Assembly (NCBI GenBank): GCA_964016885.1
Contig: OZ024741.1
Span: 206,832,001-206,896,000 of the forward strand
Direction of reading: 5' to 3'
Length of the DNA: 64,000 nucleotides
Source: Eledone cirrhosa
Taxonomy: Eukaryota
Part shown: piece by piece, positions 37,113-50,180 of the stretch
Position numbering within the stretch: position 1 is the stretch's first letter
Layout of the letters: every line of letters begins with the position of its first letter
The notes under the pieces: generated by a model
Seen by the model: the letters and a program-made list of their open reading frames with translations, nothing else
Told to the model about the DNA's origin: nothing
The model's database searches: none
Program-made: the position numbers and the translations under genes

Positions 37113-37121
<9 letters not shown>
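36712..37121. repeat. Palindrome with ~202-bp arms and a 6-nt loop
   Basis: Centre tcttcagaaa-taaagt-tttctgaaga; no arm mismatches seen by eye. Confidence 0.95.
36770..36916 (-). ncRNA. Type I hammerhead with ~115-nt stem II; mirror copy at 36920-37063 has a shortened stem I
   Basis: ttattt CTGAAGA [tatatatgtgtt/aacacatatata; tggtatgtatatt/aatatgcatacca] GAAA cgatcg TT aaataa. Confidence 0.72.
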
Positions 37122-37146
<25 letters not shown>

Positions 37147-38045
37147 CTATATAAATTGGAAGTGGTCGGATGTTGTATATTTAAGTAAGTAAATAGGTGT
37201 AGTCGGATAAACATCGAAACGGCTGGGTGGAATGCAACGAAAATTTACAGGGTTATGCAGAATGAGCCGAGGAGGCGTTGGGTCTAGTTTCAAGCTACAA
37301 GCTTCCATGGTTACGGAGAAAATTGATGAAACAGGAATTTCCCATTCAAATTGAACTGAGAGTAATCTATGAACGCAGAATTAAATATTTCGTGAAACGT
37401 TGCAACTAAACGAAAACAGGAAGACGATGTTTTGGTTCGTGAAGACGTTCCCTGACAATGAACGGAAAAGAGGCGAGGATAATACGTCGTTATGTCGTTA
37501 TGCAAAGACAAGACCAAGTTTATGGTATAAATGGAGTCGTTAGACTAATATTCTATATAAAACAACAGAATGATTTGCAGCCCCGGAGTTTAAGAATGAT
37601 TTAAATAAAATTAAAAACGAATATGACAGAGGTTATTATAATAGTAAAAGTAAATAGTGAAGATTTAGGCCACTACATACGTATGCCCCAACGGACATAC
37701 ACATACATACGCACACACAAATACACACACACCACACGCACGTACGTGCGCGCGCGTATTTATAAACCTTATGCATTTCTACAGTATTTTCACCAAACTT
37801 AAGACATAGGTTACTTATGTACTCCGGATGGTCATGGGCACTTTCATTTTTCCAGATATTCATTATAGGGCCTCCCGGCAGATAACTTCCTTTAACCACT
37901 TCCTTGCAGTCGACTGAAGCACTGCAGTGAAATGCAACAGAACGTCATAACGTCTGGAGTCCGCAACCGATTTTCACAAAACTTGACACATGGGCTACGT
38001 TTGTCCTACAGATGAATGTGAACTGTTAGAATTGGCACATATTGA
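37147..38045 (+). mobile_element. Non-autonomous Helitron-related repeat; 37500-38045 is paralogous to 31498-32040
   Basis: Direct sequence match; begins ctatataaa after (TA)n. Confidence 0.6.
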
Positions 38046-38064
38046 GAGAGATAGAGAGAGAGAG

Positions 38065-39245
38065 AAGTGGTTACACAACAGTTAGTTCACCATACCGAGA
38101 ACAATTGTTTCACCTTAGCGGATCCTCAGCTCGTAATGGGCATAGTTATAGGAAGAGGAAGGACAACCGTACGACCGCGCATGCGCAGAAACCGGTCATT
38201 TCACACAGGCAACACAAGAATGTGTGCGAGAGGTGTAAGGGAGATAACTGCAAAAGTCCGAAAAGTTTTCAGTTGATAAGAAAATTACAATGATTCAATC
38301 CGGAGCTTTGTAGTTATGCAATAGGTGTTTGGTGACGTGTGGACAACGTGTGAAAAATACATTACTCGTGTTTAGGCAATCAGTATTGCATAATCTCTTT
38401 AGAATAATTATTCGTTCGTCAATACATAATCCACACGACGGATTTCCCCTTGCGTATCCCTTGTACTTAGTGATGGGTTTCCATTGAATGGAGTAGTCTA
38501 TATCTGAGTCCTCGTAGTTCAGGTCGACTGGTGGTTCAGGAAACGTTCCTTAAATCGGCCCTCCGCGATGCTCACATAGGATTTGACCTCCTTGCAACAG
38601 CAATGCAACACACCCGCTGTAATTTATGAAGCTGTGGTCATTTCCAAACGACCAAACAAACCACAGGAGGTCAAATCCTATGTGGGCATGGCGGAGGGCT
38701 GATTTAAGGAACGTTTCCTGAACCACCAGTCGACCTTTAGGTACCCAGACAGACGTTCATCCACGAAACTCGCGAGCCACGTATTGTCCCTCAAGGACTC
38801 AGGTATAGACTACTCCATTCAAAGGAAAGCCATCACTAAGTACAAGCCATACGCAAGGGAAAATCCGTCGTGTGGCTTATGTATTGACGAACGAATAACT
38901 ATTCTAAAGAGATTATGCAATAGTGATTGCCTAAACACGAGAAATGAATTTTTCACACGTTGTCCACACGTTACCAAACACCTATTGCATAACTACAAAG
39001 CTCCGGATTGAATCATTGTAATTTTCTTATCAACTAAAATCTTTTCGGATTTTCGAAGTTATCTCCCTTACACCTGTCGCACGCATTCTAGTATTGCCTG
39101 TGTGAAGTGACCGGTTTCTGCGCATGCGCGTTCGTACGGTTGTCCTTCCTGTTCCTATAACCATGCCCATTACGAGCTGAGGATCCGTTAAGGTGAAACA
39201 ATTGTTCAAGGTATGGTGAAACTAGCTGTTGTGTAACCACTTCTA
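38065..39245. mobile_element. PLE fold-back: GIY-YIG 3' end + pLTR (plus, ~38600-39245) with an inverted copy (38065-38592)
   Basis: AVIYEAVV...SYVGMAEG*FKERFLNHQSTF...CGLCIDE...LNTRNE; termini agaagtggttacacaacag / ctgttgtgtaaccacttct. Confidence 0.9.
38096..38133 (-). ncRNA. Minimal type I hammerhead; the mirror copy at 39173-39210 has a broken stem I
   Basis: cgag CTGAGGA t-cc-gctaa-gg-t GAAA caattg TT ctcg. Confidence 0.78.
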
Positions 39246-39330
39246 CCTAACTCGTCCCTTGTACTGTGTGCTCTACCACTACGGATATTAACTTCCACTG
39301 TTCTACCACTATATATATACATATATATAT

Positions 39331-39423
<93 letters not shown>

Positions 39424-39475
39424 GGTGTGTGTGTGTGTGTATGTGTGTATGTATATATATATTTAAAACTCCATA

Positions 39476-39670
39476 TAATTGTTTCTACTTTTGGCACAAG
39501 GCCAGCAATTACCCAGTGTTTTACTAGTACTTTATTTTATCGACCACGTAAGGATGAAAGGCAAAGTTAACCTCGCCGGGATTTGAACTCAGAATGGCAA
39601 GGGCCGTAACTCTATGCGTCAAAGCATGGTGTCCGACCCTCTACCGATACTGCCAATTCACCGCCCTTGG
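39476..39670 (-). mobile_element. tRNA-derived SINE family A
   Basis: Family sequence. Confidence 0.85.
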
Positions 39671-40764
39671 CGTCCGAAATAATAATACTTCTCTCTAATT
39701 GCCACTCGTTGCGTGCATCTGCTTTGCCTGCTTTCTTACATTGTTTGCCTAGTACCAGTAATGCACTGGGTAATTGCTGGCCTTGTGCCAAACGTAGAAA
39801 CAATTATTTGCTAATGAGAATAACTATTTACTTATATAATGTATAATATAATTCAGGTTACCTCTTACCCATTAAACTAATCCTAAATTCTGAATAGCAA
39901 TGGGTATATGGGTGTACATTAGGGTGTTTCATATTTTTAAGGATCAGAACTTCAAGACCCCAAAATGCTCGTTAAAATAAAACTGATTGATTGATTTTGC
40001 TTTTCATCTTTCACAGTGAATAAGATATAGGAAACCAGAAAGGTCATTTGGCTTCTTGACTACACCATCCCCCATACAACAAGTGTTCGTGTGTTTTCTC
40101 TACTATGACGTCGAACTCGGAAAGATAATTTCAGTTTCCGTAAAAAACAGCCAGATGATCCAGGAAGTGCGGGTAAAGCAACTATTCCTACCGATATATA
40201 TATAAAACAAAAGTAACAGATCAGGTGAATAAACTTATGCGAATAAAGTTTGAATCCCGATATAGTTCAACACTCATCAGTGGTAAAATCCATACGGAAT
40301 GACGAAGTAAACTGTGAGCAAACAAATCCAGCGTGTTGTATGAATGCAAATGCACATATCACTCAAATAATACTTAATAAATAAAGAAGGTAAAGAAATA
40401 TAACATTTTATTGGTCTTAAACATGTTTCAATGGGAAAAAAGAGGAAATAAAAATGATAAACGGGAAATCATGAAAACTCTCCCAATATATTTATATATT
40501 AAAATCTGAGCATTGACACGAGGAATTTAAATTTAACCCGCAATTTCACTCAATCATACGTTTTCAGAGACATGATGAAAATATACAAAGATAGAGGTAA
40601 TTTGAAGGAAAACATTCAAATATCCTGTGGGTCTTATGATATTTGGAAAATAATGTACATAATCAGAACGTTATAATAATATGCTAAGTTTAAATAACAA
40701 CGTCATTATAGTTAGCTAGGTGTGAGATTTAGAGAAAGCCAGAAGGAAATTACATAGCGCTATA

Positions 40765-41608
40765 TACGAGGTTCATCAGAAAAGTAACAGGATTTAGTGT
40801 GCTGTGAGAGCTATGAGAAGGGTAGGACATAGCGGGTTGTGTCACCGTGTGAAGTAATCTCAGCTCTCTGCAGCCATTGTATATTTTCTCACATTCTTAT
40901 GTTAACAGCTTCTCAATTTTAGACCGTCGAGTGATGGGCACAGCACAGCGAAACAACCTGAAGTTTCTGGTCCCGCTGGGGAAAACTCCGTCAGAAGCAC
41001 TCGGAATACTGCAGCAAGTGTACGGAAATGAGATGATGTTGCACTCACGGGATTTCGAGTGGTACAAAAGGTTCAAACAGGGCCGCGAGGACGTGGAAGA
41101 TGACCCCAATAGTGGTAGGCCTTCAACAAGCAGGACTGCGGCCAACGTTGAGCGCATGAGTCAGGTGACTGTTCAACTGATGGCAAGTGGGATGAGTATG
41201 TACCTCGACGTCTTTGGAAGATTATCACCGAATATTTTTGCATGCAGAAGATCTTCGCGAAGATGCTGCTGAGGCTGATAAACGGTGACTAGGAGTGGCG
41301 CATGCAGGTGTGTCACAACATCCTATATTGTCTTGAAACTGAACCAGGCATTTTTTCCGTTTACCCAAGCTCAAGAGGATCATCAAAAGGATCCGTTTTC
41401 CAGATGTGGAAGCCATCAAGAAGGCTGTGACGACGAATAATCCTGGAAGAATCCTTCCAGGAGTGTATGGAGGCATGGCGAATGAGGATGGGAACGTACG
41501 TTCGACTTTAGGGGGATTATTTCGAAGGGGAAAATTTGTAGTTTATAATTTGGATTTGAAATATTCTTTTGCGACCCCAGTCCTGTTTCTTTTCTGACAC
41601 ACCTTGTT
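40765..41608 (+). mobile_element. Mariner (Tc1/mariner) DNA transposon, internally deleted
   Basis: Imperfect TIRs TA-cgaggttcatcagaaaagtaacagga / tcctgtttcttttctgacacaccttg; HTH region QRNNLKFLV..GKTPSEA...EWYKRFKQGREDVEDDPNSGRPST; most of the DDD domain is missing. Confidence 0.88.
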
Positions 41609-43377
41609 AGGACAAACAAACCTAGAATATAAAATCAGTGAATTAAATTATACTACATAAACAATGAAATAGAAACTCAATAAAATGGAATGAAATATAC
41701 TTTGATTAATGACTAGTCAAACACAAGGTTGTAAGAGCTTAACTGATAACTAAGTGTTAACAATACATGGTATATCATCAGTCACTGTTAACATTGACAA
41801 TGTTTTGAGCAAAGAAACTTTAATTTTTTATAGAGGAATTAATGTTTACCTAAAATTATTATAGTTATTGAATAAATTACAATAAGCTCAGCTATTAATA
41901 GGCATAAACTAGATATATATATATATTTAGGGATTTAGAATTAATGTAAATGGAAATCTGATAATTTAAAGAAATAATAAAATTAAAAGTAATAATATTA
42001 AGAAACCAAATGATCATTTAAGAGGATAAAGCAAACATTACCTATAATCACATTTAAGGCCTCAAGATAAGAGGAGAATAACATAAAATTTATATAATAA
42101 AAATTTCAAAATATATAATACAAAATTAAGAAAAGTATAGAAATACAAAATTAAGAAAACAAAAACTACAAAAAATATAAAAAATATAAAAAAAATAAAA
42201 AAATAAAAAATAAATATGAATTAAAAAAAAAAAAAAAGTGAATTTCTTAAAGAATAAATAGATATTAATAAAATTGAAATTATCTACTAAAGAATCCAAA
42301 TAAAAAAAAAAAGAATTAAGGATACATTAGATTGTTGCTATGAGTGTTTAGGTAATTCATAAGATAACCATAGTCGTGAATATATTATTACATTAAAGTA
42401 TTTAAACAAAGGATGTAAAAATTCCTAACTTATACTTAGTCAAATATAAAACTCCAAGTTTAGTAGTTAAAATGGAAGAGAAATTCCAAATATATTTGCG
42501 AATAATGGTAGTTTTAAAGCTAAGAGAAACATTTTCTCGAAGGAGTCACTATGTTGCTAAAGTTTAAGTAAATTTATTGCACATGCCACCACCAATAAAT
42601 GAAACTTAAGGGCCTGCTAGCCTCGCGCTCCCGACAAGCAGGATGAAGAAAACATTGCTCCGGAGGATGGCGAGGGAGATACACTGCTGCAGTCATTTCA
42701 ATTTGCGGGGGTTACACTTGCGGGTAGCCAACTCTACTCCTATAGCAGTGAGTAGGGATGTCGTCGGGTGGTCAAAAGCGCCGGGAATCTCCACTGCCTT
42801 AGGTTCAAAAAAAAAGAAAAGGAAAGAGAAAAATAAAAATAAAAAGGTGAATGAAGCAACGAAGGAAAGGGGGAAAGGGGAGGAGTGATAGAATATATGC
42901 CGCAGGCGAAAAGGAATGGCCAGTGACTCCCGCTGTAACAGCCATCCCGCCTACCTGTGCTCCTTCCTTAAGCGGATTGCTCTCTTTTCGATTTTGTGGA
43001 GGAAATCGGCAGTAAAGAATGAAATACAGTTCATTTGAAAGTGTGATCATATATCCACTACGTAGAAAAAATTCGTGATACCTAGGAAAATCAGAGCATA
43101 ATTTATTTACACTTAATCTCTAATGGGGTTTAAACTAACGCAAGTATTGGGTAAATATGGTTCGCATAGGAGATCTAATATGTTTTTAAGAAAACGTTCA
43201 CTCCCACTGCAAAATTGTAAATTATTCGAAACATCGTAGATCAGCTAAGTCTATGCAAGACCTCTTGATTGCTTGTATCTTATTATCAGAACGTTAATAA
43301 AAGGAGTTTCTGTCTTGAAGTTGGTAGGATAGTTTCATTTTATTGTAATATTTACCCGTTCACCATAATTTAACTAG

Positions 43378-43544
<167 letters not shown>

Positions 43545-43579
43545 TATATATTTATATATATATTTATATATATATATAT

Positions 43580-43644
43580 AAGTATGTAATCGTACATACA
43601 TATATGTGTACAGACGTACAGTAGTATGTATATATACATACATG

Positions 43645-43721
<77 letters not shown>

Positions 43722-44312
43722 GTATGGGTTTACCGAACATTTATTATAATGTTCGGTTTGTTTGTAAACAAACAGCCCGAATTACGGCGTAATATGTGTG
43801 CATGTATGTATATATATACATACTACTGTATGTCTGTACACATATATGTATGTACGTATACATACTTATATTTAGGTATCAGCCGTACTAAGAGTCAGAA
43901 ATGAAATTTCGTTTCATTATTTTCCATGTATCATGTTCGTCCGCCCGGCCGACTAACTCACTCGATATGCAAATTAGGCTGCTCAGCCGTTAATATGCAT
44001 AAGGAAAGTATATACTTTCAAACGTTCAATCATCTGACAGAAAGGTATATAATGCTGACGATAGCTAATAAGCTTGAAACATCGTTCCTGTGTCAGTGTT
44101 GAACAAAAGGGCGACGATGGTTGCCGAGCACTGTACGGCGTAATTCGGGCTGTTTGTTTACAAACAAACCGAACATTATAATAAATGTTCGGTAAACCAA
44201 TACATACATATATATATGTGTACGTCTGTACACATATATGTATGTACGTATACATACTTATATTTAGGTATCAGCCGTACTAAGAGTGAGAAATGAAATT
44301 TCCTTTCATTCT
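43580..44312 (+). repeat. Second locus of the retrozyme-like repeat (inverted partial pieces plus ~1.3 monomers); hammerhead at 44049-44085 lacks stem III
   Basis: cagccgtactaagagt at 43880 and 44272; CTGACGA tagctaataagctt GAAA catcgt. Confidence 0.82.
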
Positions 44313-44479
44313 TTTCCATATATATATATATATATATATTATACATAATTCAATTTGTCATGAATATACATACAATCTCAATAAAAAGACATCGCTAAAC
44401 AATTCTCATTCAGAGAAGCAAATATATAGAGAGTATCTTATACAAAATCACGAATTGGTAGATCCCAGTAAAGTACTCT

Positions 44480-45040
44480 AAAGAACAATTCACAAGCATC
44501 TATCCCTAGGGATATATTTACAATTAAGCAACATAAGAATAAGAAGCCTCAATAGAATTCTCCCATGAAAAGGAGTAGGCAGTAATAGAAGCAAAGCCTA
44601 TATAAAACATAAAGACGAACCCTAAGGCCTTCTTTAAATTTACAAAAGAGATCGCTTCGATACAAAACGGGATAGCGCCGCTTTTCCGTAAAAGTGGTTC
44701 ACTGACCGCAGACCCCAAGAGATAAGTGAGGTACTGAATGAACAATAGAAAACTGTTTTCACACATCCAATGAAATACATGGAAATAAGTAAGCAAGATG
44801 AGTTCTTCAACACTACTGCAATACACAGAGGAACGGCAACCATGAACAACATAGATATAAAGGTAAAATATATAATATCAGCCATAAACGAAATGAAACC
44901 AAATTCGGCAGCTGACCCTGATGGTTTCCCAACAAACTTCCTAAAAACATGCAAGCGAACATTAGCAAAACCATTACAGATCCTCTTTCAAATATCCCTT
45001 GCAAGTTGTAAATTACCCGGAAACCTAAAAGAAAGCATAC
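44480..45040 (+). pseudogene. CR1/L2-like LINE ORF2 fragment (pre-RT region)
   Basis: AINEMKPNSAADPDGFPTNFLKTCKRTLAKPLQILFQISL...LPGNLKES. Confidence 0.7.
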
Positions 45041-45543
45041 TGTATGTGTGTGTTGTGTGTGTGTGTGGGGGGGGGGGTAGGCCTGGTTGAGTGCTTAATG
45101 GCAAAAATAAGGAATACTAGCTTAGCTCCCCTTCACTATCACATGACACAATAAGTGGAGCTGACTACTATAATGGCTATTCCACACTATATCACTATAT
45201 ACAGGAGGCTCGTATTTGACCTGTTCCGAGGAGGCTAATTCCCTGCCAATGAAGCTACTCTTAGTCGATTACGTAATGTTTAATAGCATTACCTAATTTG
45301 TGTGCACGCAGTTAAACATGGACTGTCGCCAACAGATGTGGTAGCAGAAACTAGTACATTAGTCCGGGGCCAGAGAATCAAATTCTCTACCCACACGAAA
45401 TCGTTCCTATCACTATATAATGTATTAGTGTGTACTCTGCTTTCCTTTTGGTTGGTATCTTAATGATACTGGCTTAATTAAAGCATTGAGTGAGTGAGAC
45501 AACAGTCAAAGATATATTAGTCCTTCCGTTTAAAAAAAAAAAT

Positions 45544-45642
<99 letters not shown>

Positions 45643-45659
45643 ATATATTATTATTATTA

Positions 45660-46090
45660 TCATTTTTATTTTCTTTCATTATTGTTTCTGAGATATATGC
45701 CTAATGTCTTCCTGAGACCTAGGGCAAATAAATTCACAGTGTGCATTGGTAAGCCAGTTAATACGGCACATTGATTATAATAAAAAAAAAACAGCAGTAT
45801 ACATATATACACATATGCACATGCATATGTAAATACAAGGAGGGATATCAATCTTACAGCGATAGTGCTCTTCTCAATACGTGTGCAGTACCAGTCAAAA
45901 CAATTTTTTGCACCTTGTGCAGAGAGGGTAAACCAGGAATCATTCGCAAATATTGTCTGTTCCTTTCCTAATCATTCCTAGTCCTCCCACAACCACTGGT
46001 ATTGTAACGGCCTTGAGGTGCCACATTTTCTCAATTTCAATAAGCAGATCTTTATATTTTCGTAGCTTGTCAAATTCTTTTGCCGCGATT
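45660..46090 (-). mobile_element. R4/Dong-like 3' end fragment
   Basis: Reverse strand reads KEFDKLRKYKDLLIEIEKMWHLKAVTIPVVVGGLGMI. Confidence 0.75.
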
Positions 46091-46099
46091 TATTATCAG

Positions 46100-46107
<8 letters not shown>

Positions 46108-46182
<75 letters not shown>

Positions 46183-46256
46183 ACGAGAGAGAAGAGAGAA
46201 AGAGGGAGAGAAAGAGGGAGAGAAAGAAAGAGAGAGAGATTAAGAGAGAGAGAGAG
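46108..46256. repeat. (GA)n microsatellite
   Basis: Directly visible. Confidence 0.95.
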
Positions 46257-46599
46257 CACATTCTAATTACAATTGCAATTATAGTAAGATTGCTGTGTAT
46301 ACATAGAATTAGTTCAATTAATTTGCGAATTTGTTTTTGTATATTTCTTAATTCAGTTAGCTATATGCCATGCACCCTCACAAAAGAAATCTTGTTTCTA
46401 ATCGAATATATTCATTAATTGCTATGGTCTACTGAATAAAGCATTGCATTTCAGCACTATATATTGATTTAAATTTTTTATATGGAATTAAATAAAGCAT
46501 AATGAACGACACACACGCATTCATATGCACACCCTCAGACTTACATACACATGAACCACGCCATGGTATATGCAAATACAGATTTACAAGATACTCTCG

Positions 46600-46722
<123 letters not shown>

Positions 46723-47091
46723 GCATGTATGTAACGGCCTTCCACAGTTTCTGTCTACTGAATTCCTCTCATCACAAGGTATTCGTGAATTCAAAGCTAT
46801 TCTGGAAAACACTTGTCACAGTTATTCCAGGGTTGAATCGAGAAACTGTGCAACATGGTTGCTCTTATTTTTGTTCCGTGTTTCCTCTGTACGACTGAGT
46901 GTAGCCAAACGCGTCTTTTTCAGGTATGATTTTATCATTTCTTTGGTACTCAAATCTCTCTGCATTATATTTGTGCAGTGCCTCGTAGTACTATTTTGGT
47001 GTATGTTGTGTGTATTCGTAAGTCTAGTAATAACTCCGTTAAGATGTAGGCCGGATCTAGCGAGCTATCTTTTGTTGGTATGTTGTGTATG

Positions 47092-50000
47092 ACTATAATA
47101 CTTATAAAAAGGAAGTTTGTTTGTTGAGCGCTAATAACACTAAATGAAATTGGTAATAATTATCGTGATTTCTACTAATCTAACCTCCGACATTCTTACA
47201 ATCAATGTTTTCTCGAAAAACGGTGGTGGAGTGAGATGGGGTACGCTCGGATTTTCCCAGAATCGGAGATTTCTTCAGACGGACTTTTTTCTTTTCGATG
47301 TCTTTTTTTTCGTTTGTTTTCGACCGTTATAACACCCGACTCACTTGCCAAAACTACTTTTCCAAAAAAAACAAAAAAACAAAAAAACGGAGGCGAGTTG
47401 GAACGAGCGGACTCTCGGAGCTACAGATAAACATCTCTCACCCGTTCGAATTTATAGAAAATTACCAGAGGAGGATCGCTGAGATAATTTTTCCTAGTTT
47501 TATTTTCGTGTGAAGAGGGTGGATCCTATAATGTATATGTGCAAATATGTCAACAAGGGTTGTGATACTGCCATGTTTGCGCTACAGCAACGAAACATGT
47601 CTGACGAGGTTTCCACCTTTCAACACAGCCAATATATCAGCAGTAACAAAGCATTTTGGTACATTTTTTATTCCCAATTCAAGCCCATTACCCACATGTG
47701 CAAAAACAGCCCAAAATAATGCCCAACAGCCCAAAATACAAAATATTGCCCAACAAGCCATAGTACCAAGAAAGACAATTTTGCTAGCATGTTTTAAACT
47801 TTGTAGAACTGACAATTACCATCTTACTACACCTTTGATAAACAGAGAGGAAAATTGAACTGACGAAAACAGGAAGACCAGTAGAAAACCATGCTGAAAT
47901 TCGTAAAGCAGAATCACTAGGTAGGAATTACACAATACATCCAAGACAGTTGGTATGTTTCCACTTGAGGATGAGGATTAAGGACTTCAAAGGCTCTCGA
48001 GGCTTTGATGAACTTTTTAAAGTGAAGGGAGTTGTTTGTAACTCTTATCAAGCGGCCTGTATGCGGAGAGGTCTGTTGGAAGACGGCAAACAATGGGATG
48101 CAAAACCTGCTGTGGCATCCCTATGTCGGACCACCAAAAGTATCCGAAATTTGTTCGCAATTATACTAACAATTGTGACATAGCCAATCCATCGACGCTT
48201 TGACTGAAGCATAGGGACGGCATGTTCGAGAACACAAAACACGAAGCGCAATCGTAAAACCCTGACATAGAAGTAACTTTTTCAGACGAAAATTATAACA
48301 CAGCCTTGATCGAGATTGAAAACAAACTGGTGGAAATAGATGGACGACCTGCACTGCATTTAATAGATCTTCGTCGCATCGATAGATCTAATTGTATAGC
48401 CTAAAGAGTGAATTGTATGAGAAACCTCATACAACGTTGAAGACCTCATCTCATATGTTAACGAAAACGAGTGAAAACTACTCTATAATAAACAAAAACT
48501 GTATGTAACATTATGCTTGAGTCAATTATGCAACAGAATCGTGGCCTACTTTTTATCAATATCCGGGTAGAACTTGTAAAACCGTCTTGATAAACCTATT
48601 GTTGTCTAAAGTTTGACAAGAACAAACGATAGCTTTAGCGGTTGCTTCATCTGGAAGTGCCGCTACACTTTTACTTGGAGGTTGGACAGCTCATTCTGCT
48701 TTCAAATTGCACTTGGACCTTATTTTGAATGAAATGTCCGTGTGTCATATAAAGAACTCACGAGTAGCCCAAGTGTTGCCAAGATGTGTAGAAAATTTGG
48801 AAGATGAATGCACAATTGCGCACAGACAGATATTGGAGCTATTGGTCAGAATACTGAAAGATATCCGGAACAGCACAGCAACTAAGGGAGGAATCAATGT
48901 CATTTTATCAGGAGACTTCCGACAAACTTTACTTGTAATATCAAAGGGACTCACACAGATCAAGTTCATGCTTGCCTAAGATCGTCAACTTTATGGACGC
49001 GTATCACCAAAATAAAGTTAAGAACCAGCATGCAGGTACAACTTCACGGTAACAACATTTTTGCAGAGTTTCCTCGAAAGCTTGTGATCCATGGTGAAAG
49101 CAAAATATCTCTTGATACTGAAGGATGCTTTGATCCTTCATCATTTTGTTCTGTTCTGAAAAGCGTTGTTAGCTTAATAAATCAAGTGTGCCTCAAATTC
49201 GAAATTCCTCATTCCAAGGAGGAATGGCTGTGTGAAAGAGCAATCCTTGCTCCAAAAATAATCTCTGGAGGTAGCTAGACTTATAAATAAAATGACATAG
49301 TTGTCAACGAGAACGGCGCAGTTCATTATACCATTTAATTTCTCAACAGTCTAGAACTATCCCGTATCCCACCACTCAAACTAAAATTGAAGAGGGGCGC
49401 ATTCTTCATGCTGCTCCTGGACCAGCCAAGATTGTGCAATGGGACGTGTATGGTTGTGCCTGAACTACAGCATCACATTATCGAAGCCAAAATCCGCACT
49501 GGTTGTGGTAATGGAGACAATGTAAGTATACCTATTACACCACTAAAACCAACAGATGTCCGCTTTTGTTTCAAACAATTGCAATTCCCTGTGAGAGTCA
49601 GTTACGCAATGACCACCAACAAGCCCCAAGACCAAACACAGCAGGTTGTCTGTTTCCATCTAGAAGATGGCTGTTTCTCACATGGTCAATTATATGTAGG
49701 TTGTTCCAGAATAGGCAGTTCCCACAAACTCTTCATATATGCTTCAAAGAAAAAAGTTAAAAACACTATATATACTGAAGTTCTGTAAATGTTTTATAAT
49801 TTCCGTAGAATACATTTTTCTATTATTTTCTTTATTACTTTCTGTATTCAGGTATTCTAAATAATTGTTTCTACTATTGGCACAAGGCCAGCAATTACCC
49901 AATACATTACTGGTACTTTATTTTATCGACCCCGTAAGGATGAAAGGCAAAGTTAACCTCGGCGTGATTTGAACTCAGAATGGCAAGGGCCGTAACTCTA

Positions 50001-50180
50001 TGCGTCAAAGCATGGCGTCCGACCCTCTACCGATACTGCCAATTCTGCAGGATTTAAATACCTTTTGACATCTTTTATTTTAAGGAAAATGGGCATTACG
50101 ATAGATGCCAATAGACACCTTATAAATCAAATTGAGCACGATAAAGACCGGTACGAAGGCCTGATAACCGCTACAGTATA
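47092..50180 (+). mobile_element. Helitron, decayed and internally deleted (Rep C-terminus + PIF1 helicase remnants)
   Basis: YMCKYVNKG; SYQAACMRRGLLED; DECTIAHR...SGDFRQ; RLCNGT, QFPVRVSYAMT, FSHGQLYVGCSR; boundaries approximate. Confidence 0.88.
49860..50045 (-). mobile_element. tRNA-derived SINE family A inserted near the Helitron 3' end
   Basis: Family sequence. Confidence 0.85.
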
